A stretch of DNA of 64,000 bases from Thermoanaerobaculia bacterium (GCA_038245905.1 JBBRRY010000015.1:19361-83360); one strand, 5' to 3'. Counted from the first letter of the stretch, positions 38,238 through 51,440 are shown. Translations and numbers: made by a program. Notes: a model not told the origin generated them from the letters alone.

Positions 38238-39835
38238 ACGCACGAACGGTGAGCATCGTCCTCGGGGGCTCTCTTCTCGTGCTCGCGCTGCCGGCGTCCG
38301 CCCAACGGCGGGTTCCGGGTGCCCCTGTCGACGAGAGCTATCTCCTCAATCTCCAGACGTTCAATTCCGCGCTCGGGGTCGGGGCCCGCGCTCTCGGAAT
38401 GGGCGGCGCGTTCGTCGCCGTCGCCGACGACGCGACGGCCGCGTCCTGGAATCCAGCCGGGCTGGCCTTCCTCATCCGTCCCGAAGTGAGTCTCGTTCTG
38501 GACCGGACGACGTCCTCGCTTGCGACGAGCGACTTCGTCGACACGACGCCCAATCCGGATTCTCCCGGTCAGATACGCCGCGTGCCGGGAACGGACGAAG
38601 GGAAAGGAAGCGGACTGTCGTTCCTGTCGGTCGCATACCCGTTGAAGACGCTCTCACGCCGCGTGACGCTCCAGCTTTCGTACCAGCGCCAGGTCCGGCC
38701 GCTCTCCGCGGACCTCTATAGCCGCGACGACACGGGGGCCGTCCCCGCCGCCGACGCGCCGTTCGTTCCGGATTACTCGACGGAAAGAAGGACGCACGTG
38801 GCGTCGAGCGGGGGAGTCGACAACCTCTCCTTCGGCTTCGGCGCCGCCCTGTCCGAGACGGTCTTCGTCGGCGCGACGGTCAATTACTGGTTCGGCTCGC
38901 CGGCGGCCGAGCGCCATACCGCCACGCGCGTCGAGTCCCTTCCGGGGCGCGGCGACCCGCAGGTCTTCACCGACTTCGTCGAGACGACGACCGAAGCACA
39001 ACGGATCTCGTCGCTCTCGGCGAACCTCGGCATCCTCTATCGCCCCGTCTCGTGGCTCACGCTGGGGGCCGTTTACCGGAGCGGGTGGGTGGGCCGCGCG
39101 AATACGACCTACGCGACGTCGCGGACGGGCGTCGACTACGTGCTCTACACGCCGCCTGGAGGCGAAGCCGAGTACCGGACGCAGCGCGTGGACTGGTCGG
39201 GTCAGACCGAGGCGTCGGGCTCGCTCGCGTGGCCGGCGTCGTACGGCGTCGGCGCGGCTCTCCGCCCCGTGTCGACGCTCGTCCTTTCGTTCGACGTCAC
39301 GCGGCAGGAATGGAGCCGCGCCTCGGTCGACTTGCCGCGCGTCCATCTCGCCTGCGTGAACGACGGCGTCACTCAGACCTGCCGCCCAAACGGGATGCCA
39401 GGCTTCTCCGATCCCGCCGTCGGCGCGGGCGAATACGTGACGCACGTGCAGTACCCGACCCAGCTCGATGCCGCGAACCTCGCGCAACGGGACCAGAACT
39501 CCTTCCGGGCCGGCGCCGAATGGGTCCTGTTCCTCGGGCGCGTGACGATTCCCGTGCGCGCGGGCGTCTACCGCGTCGATTCGATTTCTCCCTACTTCGA
39601 GGCCTCGACGACCCAGCGGGCGACGCAGTTCGTCGTGCCGGAGGCCGGGCGCATTTCACTGACGGGCTACACGCTCGGGTTCTCGGTGGGGCTCGGCGGC
39701 CTCGTCTTCGACGCCGCCTTCGTGCGCGACCGCTCGACGGACGATCGCGAGCAGATCGACGACACGCCGCCGGACATCGGGCACCGCGTCCTCACGAACA
39801 CGCGCTTCCTCGCCGGGCTCACGTACCGGTTCTGA
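38234..39835 (+). CDS. Outer-membrane beta-barrel, FadL/OmpP1/TodX-like
   Basis: GARALGMGGAFVAVADDATAASWNPAGL hatch motif; C-terminal LTYRF. Confidence 0.88.
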   Translation: MNARTVSIVLGGSLLVLALPASAQRRVPGAPVDESYLLNLQTFNSALGVGARALGMGGAFVAVADDATAASWNPAGLAFLIRPEVSLVLDRTTSSLATSDFVDTTPNPDSPGQIRRVPGTDEGKGSGLSFLSVAYPLKTLSRRVTLQLSYQRQVRPLSADLYSRDDTGAVPAADAPFVPDYSTERRTHVASSGGVDNLSFGFGAALSETVFVGATVNYWFGSPAAERHTATRVESLPGRGDPQVFTDFVETTTEAQRISSLSANLGILYRPVSWLTLGAVYRSGWVGRANTTYATSRTGVDYVLYTPPGGEAEYRTQRVDWSGQTEASGSLAWPASYGVGAALRPVSTLVLSFDVTRQEWSRASVDLPRVHLACVNDGVTQTCRPNGMPGFSDPAVGAGEYVTHVQYPTQLDAANLAQRDQNSFRAGAEWVLFLGRVTIPVRAGVYRVDSISPYFEASTTQRATQFVVPEAGRISLTGYTLGFSVGLGGLVFDAAFVRDRSTDDREQIDDTPPDIGHRVLTNTRFLAGLTYRF

Positions 39836-39843
39836 GGCTCGTT

Positions 39844-41199
39844 CTAAGCGGGCTTCCGCCCCACGGTCAGGTAGTAGACCGGGATCCCTGCCGCCACGAC
39901 GCCGAGGACTGCGAGCGTCGACCAGCGACTCTCGGGCTGGATGACGGCGTTCGCGAGGAGATAGAGGACGGACGCGAGGAAGAGGACCGGCACGAGCGGG
40001 AAGAGCGGCGCGCGGAAGGACGGCGCGTAGCCGGGTTGGCGGCGCAGCCGGAAGATCGACGCGACGGCGAGCGCGTAAAACGGCAGAAACGCCGTCACGA
40101 ACGCGTCCGCGAGCTGCTCGAAGCTGCGCGAGAGGACGAACACGATCCCGAGAGAGGCCGTCATCGCGATCGAGACCCACGGAGTTCCCCAGCGGGGATG
40201 AACGGACGCGACGGACTTGAAGAAGAGGCGATCCGACGCCATCGCGAAGAAGATCCGCGGGCTCGTGAAGAGGACCGTGTTGAGCGTCCCGAAGGTCGAG
40301 ATCATCACGGTGACCGACACGAGCGCGACGCCGGCCGGTCCGAGGACAGCCTGCGCGACGTCAGCGGCGACGAGCTTCGAGACGCGGATCTGCTCGATCG
40401 GCAGTACGGCTAGATACGCGAGATTCGCGAGGAGATAGATCGCGACGACGGCGAGCGTGCCACCGATCAGCGCGCGGGGAAGGTTCCGCTGCGGGTCCTT
40501 CACTTCGCCCGCGTTGTAGGCGAGGTCGGCCCAGCCGTCGAACGCCCACAGCGTCGACACGAGCGCGAGGCCGAACGCGGCCGGGGTGAAGCTGCCCGCG
40601 GGAATCGCCGGCGTGAAGTGGCCGCCCGTGTGCGGCAGCCCGAAGACGAACGCGATGAAGACGATGAAGACGAGCCCGCCGTACTTCGCGAGGACGGTCA
40701 CGTTGCTGACCATCGCGGCGAGGGACACGCCCCGGATGTTGAAGAAGCCCGTGAGGGCGATCGCGAACGCGGCGAAGATCCGCACACTCCAGAGATTTGC
40801 GGGATCCTGGGGACTGATCCCGATCACGCGGAAGAAATACTCCGAGAACACGATCGCGATCGCGCCGAGCGAGGCCGCGCGGATCATGGCGAACTGCCCC
40901 CAGCCGAAGAGGAATCCCGCGAGACGGCCCCAGCCGTCCCGGCAGAAGACGTACATCCCGCCGGTCTTCGGCAGCGCGCTCGCGATCTCCGCGAGCGTCA
41001 GGGCGCCGCAGATCGCGAAGAGGCCGCCGGCGGCCCAGACCGAGAGCATCGGAAGAGGGCCCGGGAGCTTCGCGGCGATGCCGGCGGGGGAACGAAAGAT
41101 CCCCGACCCGATCGTGGAGCCGACAACGACGGCGACGGCGCTCCAGAGGCCGATGCGGCGCTCCAGCGCCTTTACGGGTCCGGCGGGACGGTCGGGCAT
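39844..41199 (-). CDS. APC family amino acid permease
   Basis: IGSGIF, GG.Y, AFDGW and GEVKDPQRNLPRA. Confidence 0.93.
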   Translation of the reverse strand: MPDRPAGPVKALERRIGLWSAVAVVVGSTIGSGIFRSPAGIAAKLPGPLPMLSVWAAGGLFAICGALTLAEIASALPKTGGMYVFCRDGWGRLAGFLFGWGQFAMIRAASLGAIAIVFSEYFFRVIGISPQDPANLWSVRIFAAFAIALTGFFNIRGVSLAAMVSNVTVLAKYGGLVFIVFIAFVFGLPHTGGHFTPAIPAGSFTPAAFGLALVSTLWAFDGWADLAYNAGEVKDPQRNLPRALIGGTLAVVAIYLLANLAYLAVLPIEQIRVSKLVAADVAQAVLGPAGVALVSVTVMISTFGTLNTVLFTSPRIFFAMASDRLFFKSVASVHPRWGTPWVSIAMTASLGIVFVLSRSFEQLADAFVTAFLPFYALAVASIFRLRRQPGYAPSFRAPLFPLVPVLFLASVLYLLANAVIQPESRWSTLAVLGVVAAGIPVYYLTVGRKPA

Positions 41200-41208
41200 C
41201 CGGAGATG

Positions 41209-44198
<2,990 letters not shown>

Positions 44199-44232
44199 CG
44201 GCTACTTGCCCTGCACCTGCACCGCGGGGAGC

Positions 44233-45060
44233 TTACGGGGTCAGCGTCGACGTCGTCGTGTTGTTGCCTTCGTTGCTCTCGGCGACTGCATTCGTCGCGT
44301 CCGCGGTCGCCGTGAAGTGGTAAATGCCCTTGGGCCACTTCGTGTTCGCCCACCACGGCATCGTCGCCGTGAACTCGGCGTGGCAGGCGAGCGCCGGGAT
44401 GTTGACGCCGAGCGCGTCCGGCGTCGCGAAGAACGGAGGCGCGAGCGCGGAGGCGGGGAGGTCGACGCAGCCGCCGCCGGGGCCCACGTGGCCCTGCTTG
44501 ACGCACTTGATAAAGAGGCGGCTCGCCCCCGCGTTGCCCATTCCGACGTTCTTCACGGCGACCCAGCCATCCATCGGCGTGTGGAGGAGCGGGACGAGAT
44601 CGGGCTTGCCGTCGCAGCGGGCGTTGGGATTCGGGTGCGTCGGGCCCGTGCCCGGATTGCCGGCGCCGCAGTCGAGCTTGAACTCGGCGGGCCCCGAGAG
44701 CTTGTCGGTCGGGGTCAGGACGTGGAGCTTCACCCAGCCGTGAAACGGGTGGAAGGCGGGCATCGCGGCGCCGAGCGTCCACGTCTCCGACACGAGCGCG
44801 GCGTTGACGCCGTCGTACACGACGGCCGGATGCGCGAGCGTGTCGACGGCGCCGTCGCTCCGCTCCCACTTGTACGTGAACCGCCCCCTGCCGTTGAGGG
44901 CGACCTTGCCCGTGAACTTGAACACCGCAGGGCAGGGTCCCTCGCTGTGAGTGGGCGAGACCGACACGGTGACCGCCGTGACGGACAGGGCCGAGGCCGG
45001 CAGGGCCGCGGCGGCGAGAGCGGCGGAGACGAGACAGAGGGCGAGTCCTTTCGTGCGCAT
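44233..45060 (-). CDS. Secreted protein with Ig-like N-domain and C-terminal CARDB-like domain
   Basis: AAGGAG RBS, signal peptide, PDL..VKN.G...A and ADATNAVAESNEGNN CARDB signature. Confidence 0.8.
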   Translation of the reverse strand: MRTKGLALCLVSAALAAAALPASALSVTAVTVSVSPTHSEGPCPAVFKFTGKVALNGRGRFTYKWERSDGAVDTLAHPAVVYDGVNAALVSETWTLGAAMPAFHPFHGWVKLHVLTPTDKLSGPAEFKLDCGAGNPGTGPTHPNPNARCDGKPDLVPLLHTPMDGWVAVKNVGMGNAGASRLFIKCVKQGHVGPGGGCVDLPASALAPPFFATPDALGVNIPALACHAEFTATMPWWANTKWPKGIYHFTATADATNAVAESNEGNNTTTSTLTP

Positions 45061-45259
45061 GGTGGAACTCCTTTCGCTCGACAAGATGGCCCCGGCGCGC
45101 GCGCTGCGCAAGGGCCGCGCATGTGCGGCCCGCGCCGAAGGCTGGTCTGGGCGCGCCAGAGGCCGTTTTGGAGGCCTCGAAATTGACGCCGGTCACGGAA
45201 CGTTCTCTCGAGCAGGCGCCGTGAGAGAGAACCAGGCCCGTGAAGGGTCCGGTTCAGCG

Positions 45260-45982
45260 TTACGAGAAGGGCGACCTCCCCCTCCGAAGCGCCGCGACCG
45301 CGCCAAGGAGGATCGTGACTTCGCGCTTCGTCGGCTTTCCACGGCGCAGGAACGACTCGATCTCGAAGAGCACCTCTTTCGAGCGGCCTCGGTCGGGGTA
45401 GCCCGCAGAGGAAAGAACTTCTTTGAAAGAGATGAGGAGGCGGCGCACGTCTTTCGTGGCGGCTTGCGGTTCCTCGGGCTCCGACGTTCCGCGCTTTCGG
45501 CGTGGTGCTTCGAAGGGTGAAAGAAGAGCCAGCGCAATGGCCATGGACTGCGCGAGGTTGAGGGTCGGGAACTCGGGCCGCGTATCGATCCGGAGGCGTG
45601 CGTCGCAGAGTCGAAGCTCTTCGGTTGTCAGCCCTCCGCGCTCGGGGCCGAAGACGAGGGTGACGCGCTTGCCCCGTCGAAGAGAAGAGGAGATTTCTTT
45701 GAAAGTGGTGGGAGGCGGCAGCCCACGCGAGACGCGCCCGCGCAGCGACGTGAGGGCGACCACGTCGTCGGCTCGCGAGGTGAGGTCCTCCCAGTTTGCG
45801 AGGGTCTTCACCTTTCTAAGCAAATCTTCGGCGCCCGACGCGAAAGAAATGGCATCCGGGTGCGCCGGGTCGGTGCGCGGTCCGAGCAAAGAAATCTCCG
45901 CCCCGAAGTTCTTCGCGACGCGCGCCGCCGCCCCGATGTTGCCGGGGTTGAAGGTTCTCACGAGGACGACGCGAAGCGCCAT
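45260..45982 (-). CDS. TrmJ/LasT (TrmH/SPOUT) RNA methyltransferase
   Basis: VVLV....PGNIGAAAR..KNFG, LVFGPE..GLT.EEL and LNLAQS. Confidence 0.9.
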   Translation of the reverse strand: MALRVVLVRTFNPGNIGAAARVAKNFGAEISLLGPRTDPAHPDAISFASGAEDLLRKVKTLANWEDLTSRADDVVALTSLRGRVSRGLPPPTTFKEISSSLRRGKRVTLVFGPERGGLTTEELRLCDARLRIDTRPEFPTLNLAQSMAIALALLSPFEAPRRKRGTSEPEEPQAATKDVRRLLISFKEVLSSAGYPDRGRSKEVLFEIESFLRRGKPTKREVTILLGAVAALRRGRSPFS

Positions 45983-46012
45983 GACGCGTGATCGTGGTCC
46001 AGAATGCTGCAT

Positions 46013-46216
46013 ATGGCAAAGCTGCGGTCGGAAGAAGAGCAGAAGGCGGTGGAGACGATCCTGTGGGCGCTCGGGCACCGCCTCACGCGCCTGAAGGACG
46101 AGTACACGATGATGGTTCAGCGGGGCGAGGAACCCGAGGGCGTGCCGAAGGGCCTCGACCTGGCGCTCCGCCAGATCAACGACATGCTCCCCCGGCGCAA
46201 ACGTTTCAAGGGCTGA
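46013..46216 (+). CDS. Small hypothetical protein (67 aa)
   Basis: Typical codon usage, helical amphipathic pattern, fills the intergenic gap; no family recognised. Confidence 0.6.
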   Translation: MAKLRSEEEQKAVETILWALGHRLTRLKDEYTMMVQRGEEPEGVPKGLDLALRQINDMLPRRKRFKG

Positions 46217-46319
46217 TCCGCCCCCGGTCTCGGCCTGCGGGATCGCGGCCCTCGACTGAGGTTCCTGCATCATGGCCGCTCGTTGAGCAGAGCGACATGC
46301 TGAGAGCTGGAGGAGATCT

Positions 46320-47567
46320 CTGCTCAAGCCCGTCGAGCTGGAAATCGAGCTGTTCTGCCTCGGAATGCGGATCGACGAGTCCTGTCACGTGGACGAGGAC
46401 GGGCGCCGCATTTCGCGCACGCGCGCTGGCCTCGGCTCGGGACTCGAGCTCGTGCTGCCTTCCCCGAGGAAGAAGATCTGGATCAACGTTCCCGTCGTCG
46501 AGCCGTTCGCGGCGAGGTCTCCCTTTCTCCTCGTCAAGAGCGGGAGCGGCTACGCGGTCACGGACACGCGCACGGGCGATCACTATCCCGTCGAGGTGCC
46601 TCCCGAGCCAGAGTGGTACTCGTGGAAGACGACGTCCGGCACGGAGATGAGCCGCGTCGGCGTCCTCCAGGGCACGTACCTCGGGATCTACGTCTCGAAT
46701 GCGTGCCTTTACTGGAGCCTGCCCGCTTCGCCCGCCTGTGCGTTCTGCACGACGGGCCGGAACGTCGGCGAGGCCGAGGAGTCGCGCAAGAGGGTCGAGG
46801 ACGTCGTCGAGGTTGCGAAGGCCGCGCGCGACCACTCCGGCTCGATCTTCACGCACCTGAACACCGGGTATCACTTCGAGGACGTCGACAAGCTCGAGTC
46901 GCTCCACGGCCTCCGGCAGTGCGAGCCGTTCGTCAAGGCGGTCCGCGCCGAGGTCGGCGGCTTCATCGGCGTCCAGGCCGTGCCCGTCCCGCGCCACAAA
47001 TTCAACGAGTACGACGACCTCATCGCCGCCGGGACGGACCACTTCTCCTTCTGCTACGAGTTCGAGGATCCCGAGGTGTTTGCGAGACTCTGCCCCGGCA
47101 AGGCGCAGACGGTCGGGCAGCACGCGTTCTTCGAGGCGATGGAGTACACGGCGAAGAAGCTCGGCGAAGGCAAGGTTTCGGGCGAGATCATCGCGGGCCC
47201 TGAGCCGATCGACGCGACGAAGCGCGCGATCGACCGCATCGTGAACGCGGGCGCGTTCCCGACCGTGTGCATCTTCCGGCCCACGCTCGGGAGCGCGATG
47301 GAGCACGTCGACCCGCCGAAGCCCGACGACATGAAGGAAGTTTTCGCACACCTCTGGCGGGCGGTTACGCGGGCCGGTCTCCCCGTAGGCATCCTCCCGG
47401 GAATCCAGGTCTCCCTCGTCGTCCAGCCCGAGGAGGCCGCCGACCTCGTCCCCGAGACGCTCCGGTCACGCCTCTACGAGACGAAGCTCGCGGCGCTCCG
47501 CGCGCTCGCGAGGCCTTATGTCGCATGGAAACGCAGGCCGCGAGGAAGCAGCTCCACGACGGCCTGA
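46320..47567 (+). CDS. Radical SAM protein with CX10CX2C motif
   Basis: CLYWSLPASPACAFC; TIM-barrel-like core (F...CPGK). Start placed at CTG 46320 after GGAGG; first ATG is at 46365. Confidence 0.85.
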   Translation: MLKPVELEIELFCLGMRIDESCHVDEDGRRISRTRAGLGSGLELVLPSPRKKIWINVPVVEPFAARSPFLLVKSGSGYAVTDTRTGDHYPVEVPPEPEWYSWKTTSGTEMSRVGVLQGTYLGIYVSNACLYWSLPASPACAFCTTGRNVGEAEESRKRVEDVVEVAKAARDHSGSIFTHLNTGYHFEDVDKLESLHGLRQCEPFVKAVRAEVGGFIGVQAVPVPRHKFNEYDDLIAAGTDHFSFCYEFEDPEVFARLCPGKAQTVGQHAFFEAMEYTAKKLGEGKVSGEIIAGPEPIDATKRAIDRIVNAGAFPTVCIFRPTLGSAMEHVDPPKPDDMKEVFAHLWRAVTRAGLPVGILPGIQVSLVVQPEEAADLVPETLRSRLYETKLAALRALARPYVAWKRRPRGSSSTTA

Positions 47568-47596
47568 ACCGCCTCCCAGGGGAAAGAGGCGGCCCC

Positions 47597-47612
47597 TATG
47601 ACGCCGGTCATA
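47597..47612. promoter_or_regulatory. Crp/Fnr-family-like palindrome upstream of the nos-linked operon
   Basis: TATGAC-GCCG-GTCATA, perfect 6-bp arms with a 4-bp spacer; near-identical copy at 60513. Confidence 0.65.
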
Positions 47613-47649
47613 ACGGAACGGCGATGCCCCGGAACAAGGTGAAACTCAC

Positions 47650-49575
47650 ATGCCTGTTCGCGTCCGGTTTCCCGACCTCGACCACTGGAAGGCGCAGGTT
47701 AAGTGCCAGGCCGGCTGTCCGGTCGCGACGGACGCCGGACGGTACGTTCAGCTCATCGCCGAGGGGCGTGACGAGGAGGCGTTTCTCGTCGCCCGGGCGC
47801 CCAATCCGTTCGCGTCGGTCTGCGGGCGCGTCTGCGCGGCCCCGTGCGAGGACGCCTGCCGCCGCGGCTCGATCGACGCGCCGATCTCGATCCGCGCGCT
47901 GAAGCGCTTCGTGACGGAACAGTACGGTGTCGAATCGCGGCATCCGGGAACGCAGGACAGGTTGCTGAGAGAGCCCATCCTGGAAGGAAACCGCTATTCG
48001 GGTCACCTTCCGATGCACTCTTCGGGCGCAAAGAAATCCACCGGTGCTCCCGGTCCCAAGGTAGCGGTGATTGGCGCCGGACCTGCCGGTCTTTCCGCCG
48101 CGCACGACCTCGCGCTCCTCGGCTACGCCGTGACTGTGTTCGAGGCCGCGGGTGAGCCCGGCGGAATGATGCGCTTCGGCATTCCGGAGTACCGGCTCCC
48201 GCGTACGCTCATCAAGGCCGAGATCGACAAGATCCTCTCCCTCGGGGTCACGCTGCGCCTCGGGACGGCGCTCACTTCGTCTTTCGGACTCGCGGAGCTT
48301 CGCGCCGCGGGCTTCGAGGCCGCCTTTCTCTCGGTCGGCGTGTCGAAGGGCCGCGATCTCGACATCCCGGGCGTCGAGCTGGACGGTGTCGTGAAGGCGG
48401 TCGACTACCTCCTGAACGTGAATCGCGGCTTCCGGATGGACCTCGGCCGCCGGGTCGTCGTCATCGGCGGCGGGTTCGTGGCGTTCGACGCCGCGCGCAC
48501 GGCGCTCCGCCTCGGCCGCGAGACCGACGTGGACGCTCGCGAGAAGGCGGGAGAGGCGGACGCGCGCCTCAAGGAGGCGCTCGACTCCGCGCGCGCCGCG
48601 CTGCGCGGAGGCGCGACCGAGGTCACGATCGTCTCTCTCGAGAACTTCGAGGAGATGCCCGTCCTCCGAAGCACGCAGGGCCACGAGGAGTTCGAGGAGA
48701 CGAAGAAGGAAGGCGTCGTCTTCGTGCCGCGCCGCGGGCCGAACCGGTTCCTCGGCAGCGGACGGCTCTCAGCGGTCGAGCTGAAGAGGGTGACGACGGT
48801 CTTCGACGCGGAGGGCCGGTTCGCCCCCGCGTACGACGAGTCGGACCTCGTCAAATTCGAGGCGGATGCCTGCATCCTCGCGATCGGCCAGAAGCCGGAC
48901 CTCTCGTTCCTGAAACCGGCGGACGGTGTCGCCCTGACGCCGGGCGGCACGATCGCGGTCGACCGGACGACCCTCGCGACGTCCGCGCCGGGGATCTTCG
49001 CCGGCGGCGACGTCGCGTTCGGGCCGCGGAACCTCATCGAGGCGGTCGCGAACGGCAAGCGCGCGGCGCGCTCGATCCACGAGCACCTCGCGAAGGAGAA
49101 GGCCTCGATCCGCGCGACGCTCGAGATCGAGAAGATCCCGACGATCTCCTACCGCATGATCGCGGGCTTCGAGATTCTCGACCGCGAGGCGCCTCCCACG
49201 CTCGACGTTGGTCGCCGCACCGGCATCGCGGAAGTCGAAAGCGGTTATGCGGCTGCCGAGGCGCGCACGCAGGCCGCACGCTGCCTCGTGTGCCACGTCC
49301 AGACGATTTACGACCCGGAGGCCTGCGTCCTTTGCAACCGCTGCGTGGACGTGTGCCCGGAGTACTGCCTCGCGCTCGTGCCGCTCGAATCGCTCGACCT
49401 GTCCGAGGAGGAGCGCGCGGCTCTCGTCGCGCGCGCCGAGGGCAACGGATTGCCGCTCTCGGCGATGGTCAAGGACGACGACCGGTGCATCCGCTGCGGC
49501 CTCTGCGCCGTCCGGTGCCCGACGGACGCGATGACGATGGAGAAGTTCTCGATCACGGAGGGATTCCATGAGTGA
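47650..49575 (+). CDS. GltD/NfnB-like FAD-dependent NAD(P)H oxidoreductase with N-terminal Fe-S and C-terminal 2x[4Fe-4S] ferredoxin
   Basis: CQAGCP, CGRVCAAPCEDAC, VIGAGPAG, GIPEYRLP, VIGGG, FAGGD, CLVC, CVLCNRCVDVCP and CIRCGLCAVRCP. Confidence 0.9.
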   Translation: MPVRVRFPDLDHWKAQVKCQAGCPVATDAGRYVQLIAEGRDEEAFLVARAPNPFASVCGRVCAAPCEDACRRGSIDAPISIRALKRFVTEQYGVESRHPGTQDRLLREPILEGNRYSGHLPMHSSGAKKSTGAPGPKVAVIGAGPAGLSAAHDLALLGYAVTVFEAAGEPGGMMRFGIPEYRLPRTLIKAEIDKILSLGVTLRLGTALTSSFGLAELRAAGFEAAFLSVGVSKGRDLDIPGVELDGVVKAVDYLLNVNRGFRMDLGRRVVVIGGGFVAFDAARTALRLGRETDVDAREKAGEADARLKEALDSARAALRGGATEVTIVSLENFEEMPVLRSTQGHEEFEETKKEGVVFVPRRGPNRFLGSGRLSAVELKRVTTVFDAEGRFAPAYDESDLVKFEADACILAIGQKPDLSFLKPADGVALTPGGTIAVDRTTLATSAPGIFAGGDVAFGPRNLIEAVANGKRAARSIHEHLAKEKASIRATLEIEKIPTISYRMIAGFEILDREAPPTLDVGRRTGIAEVESGYAAAEARTQAARCLVCHVQTIYDPEACVLCNRCVDVCPEYCLALVPLESLDLSEEERAALVARAEGNGLPLSAMVKDDDRCIRCGLCAVRCPTDAMTMEKFSITEGFHE

Positions 49576-50074
49576 GCCCCCAAGCCGGCGTGAGGTCTTC
49601 CTGAGGCTGGGATTCGGAGCGGGTGTGGCCGCCCTCGGCGTGCAGGCCGTCGCCTCGCTTCGGTCGCTCGTCCCGAACGTCTCCTACGACTCGCCGACGA
49701 CCGTGAAGATCGGAATGCCGAACGACTTTCCGGACGGCATGAAGTTCCTCCCGGACGAGCGGCTGTTCGTGTTCCGGGAAGGGAAGACGCTCCACGCGGT
49801 CTCCGCGGTGTGTACGCACCTCGGCTGCACCGTGCGCGCGGAGGCGCTGTCCGCACCGGAGACGAAGGACGTCAGCGGCAAGCCGCTGCGCCTCACGCAC
49901 CGCTTCCTCTGTCCGTGCCACGGCTCGAAGTACGCGGGCGACGGCACGAACGTGGCGGGCCCGGCGCCGAAGCCTCTCGCCTGGTACCACCTGTCGCTTT
50001 CGCCGGACGACGGCCAGCTCGTCGTCGACCTCGCGCAGCCCGTGGAGCGCGATTTTCGATTCACTCTGGCCTGA
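49568..50074 (+). CDS. Rieske 2Fe-2S subunit of a Rieske/cytochrome b complex
   Basis: Tat-like SRREVFL; CTHLGC and CPCHGS; GPAPKPL. Confidence 0.93.
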   Translation: MSEPPSRREVFLRLGFGAGVAALGVQAVASLRSLVPNVSYDSPTTVKIGMPNDFPDGMKFLPDERLFVFREGKTLHAVSAVCTHLGCTVRAEALSAPETKDVSGKPLRLTHRFLCPCHGSKYAGDGTNVAGPAPKPLAWYHLSLSPDDGQLVVDLAQPVERDFRFTLA

Positions 50075-50089
50075 AGGGCGGGACGAGAC

Positions 50090-51439
50090 ATGAGCGTACA
50101 TCCCGATAAGCCCGCTCCGAAGCCAGACGGCGCGCCCGGCGTCCACGCGAAGCCGCTCTGGAGCATCCGGCCCGCCTCGGACCGCGAGGCCGGCGACGCC
50201 GTCGTCTCCAACTTCCTCCTGCACTGGTTCCCGGCGAAGACGTACAAGCCGTCCCTCGACTGGAACTACTCGTTCTGGCTCGGCACCGCCTCCGCGGCGC
50301 TGCTGCTGCTCGTGACCGTATCGGGGCTGCCGCTCCTCTTCCTGTACGTCCCGTCCGTCGAGCGCGCGTACGGGTCCGTGAAGGACATCGAGTACGTCAC
50401 GACGTTCGGTTTCTGGATACGCGCCGTCCACCGCCTCTCCGCGCACCTCATGGTGGCCGTCGTCTTCCTCCACATGGTCCGCGTCTTCCTCACCGGCGCA
50501 TACAAGAACGGGCGTGGGCAGGGGCAGAAAAGGGAGCAGAACTGGGTGCTCGGCATCGGCCTCCTCCTCCTGACGCTTCTGCTCTCGTTCACGGGCTATC
50601 TCCTGCCGTGGGATCAGCTCGCGTACTGGGCGATCACCGTCGGCACGAACATCGCGTCCTCGATCCCGTTCGTCGGGCCAGCGATCCGCGAGCTGCTCCT
50701 CGGCGGGCGCGCGATCGACCAGGCCACGCTCATTCGCTTCTACGTTCTCCACGTCATCGCGCTGCCGGCGGCGATCGGCGTGATCTTCCTGTACCACATG
50801 TGGCGCGTGCGCAAGGACGGCGGACTCGCGCGCGCGGACCAGCTCACGCTTCTCCCCGAGAAGGCCGCCGAGGCTCCCTCGAAGACGAAGACCTACACGC
50901 TCCTCGGCGTCGCGCGCGGGACGTCACCGGCCGTGAAGGCATCGACGCTCGAGCGTCCGGACACGACCGTCAACTCGGTTCCGGACCTGACGCGGCGGAT
51001 CCTGATCGTCGTCCTCGCCATCTTTGCGATCGTGAGCATCGCGTCGGTCTTCTACCACGCGCCGCTCGAGGAGCCCGCGAACGCGCTCGTGACGCCGAAC
51101 CCCGCGAAGGCACCGTGGTACTTTCTCTGGCTCCAGGAGATCGTGACCGACACGACGGTGAAGATCGGCTCGTTCACGATCAACGGCGCCTTCCTCGGCG
51201 GCGTTCTGCTGCCGGGGGCGCTCGTCCTGCTCCTCACCGTCTGGCCGTGGCTCGACAAGAGCGCGCCCGGCTCGGCGGGCCTCTGGTTCCCGAAGGACCG
51301 GCGCACGCAGAACGCGGTCTTCCTCGCGTTCGTCGCGGGCGTCCTCGTCCTCACGTTCATCGGCACGTTCTGCCGCGGGCCGTACTGGCACCTTTACTGG
51401 CCGTGGCAGGCGTGGCCCGAGCTGCCGACGAGGATCTGA
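50090..51439 (+). CDS. Cytochrome b (unsplit b6 + subunit IV)
   Basis: R.VHR..AHLM....LHM.R, TGYLLPWDQ..YWA, RFY.LH...H; APWYF in place of PEWY. Confidence 0.93.
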   Translation: MSVHPDKPAPKPDGAPGVHAKPLWSIRPASDREAGDAVVSNFLLHWFPAKTYKPSLDWNYSFWLGTASAALLLLVTVSGLPLLFLYVPSVERAYGSVKDIEYVTTFGFWIRAVHRLSAHLMVAVVFLHMVRVFLTGAYKNGRGQGQKREQNWVLGIGLLLLTLLLSFTGYLLPWDQLAYWAITVGTNIASSIPFVGPAIRELLLGGRAIDQATLIRFYVLHVIALPAAIGVIFLYHMWRVRKDGGLARADQLTLLPEKAAEAPSKTKTYTLLGVARGTSPAVKASTLERPDTTVNSVPDLTRRILIVVLAIFAIVSIASVFYHAPLEEPANALVTPNPAKAPWYFLWLQEIVTDTTVKIGSFTINGAFLGGVLLPGALVLLLTVWPWLDKSAPGSAGLWFPKDRRTQNAVFLAFVAGVLVLTFIGTFCRGPYWHLYWPWQAWPELPTRI

Positions 51440-51440
51440 C

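Noticed and set aside
47650-49575. DsrL or glutamate synthase small subunit
   Set aside because: No dsr or gltB genes nearby; the gene overlaps the Rieske gene, indicating a respiratory-complex role.
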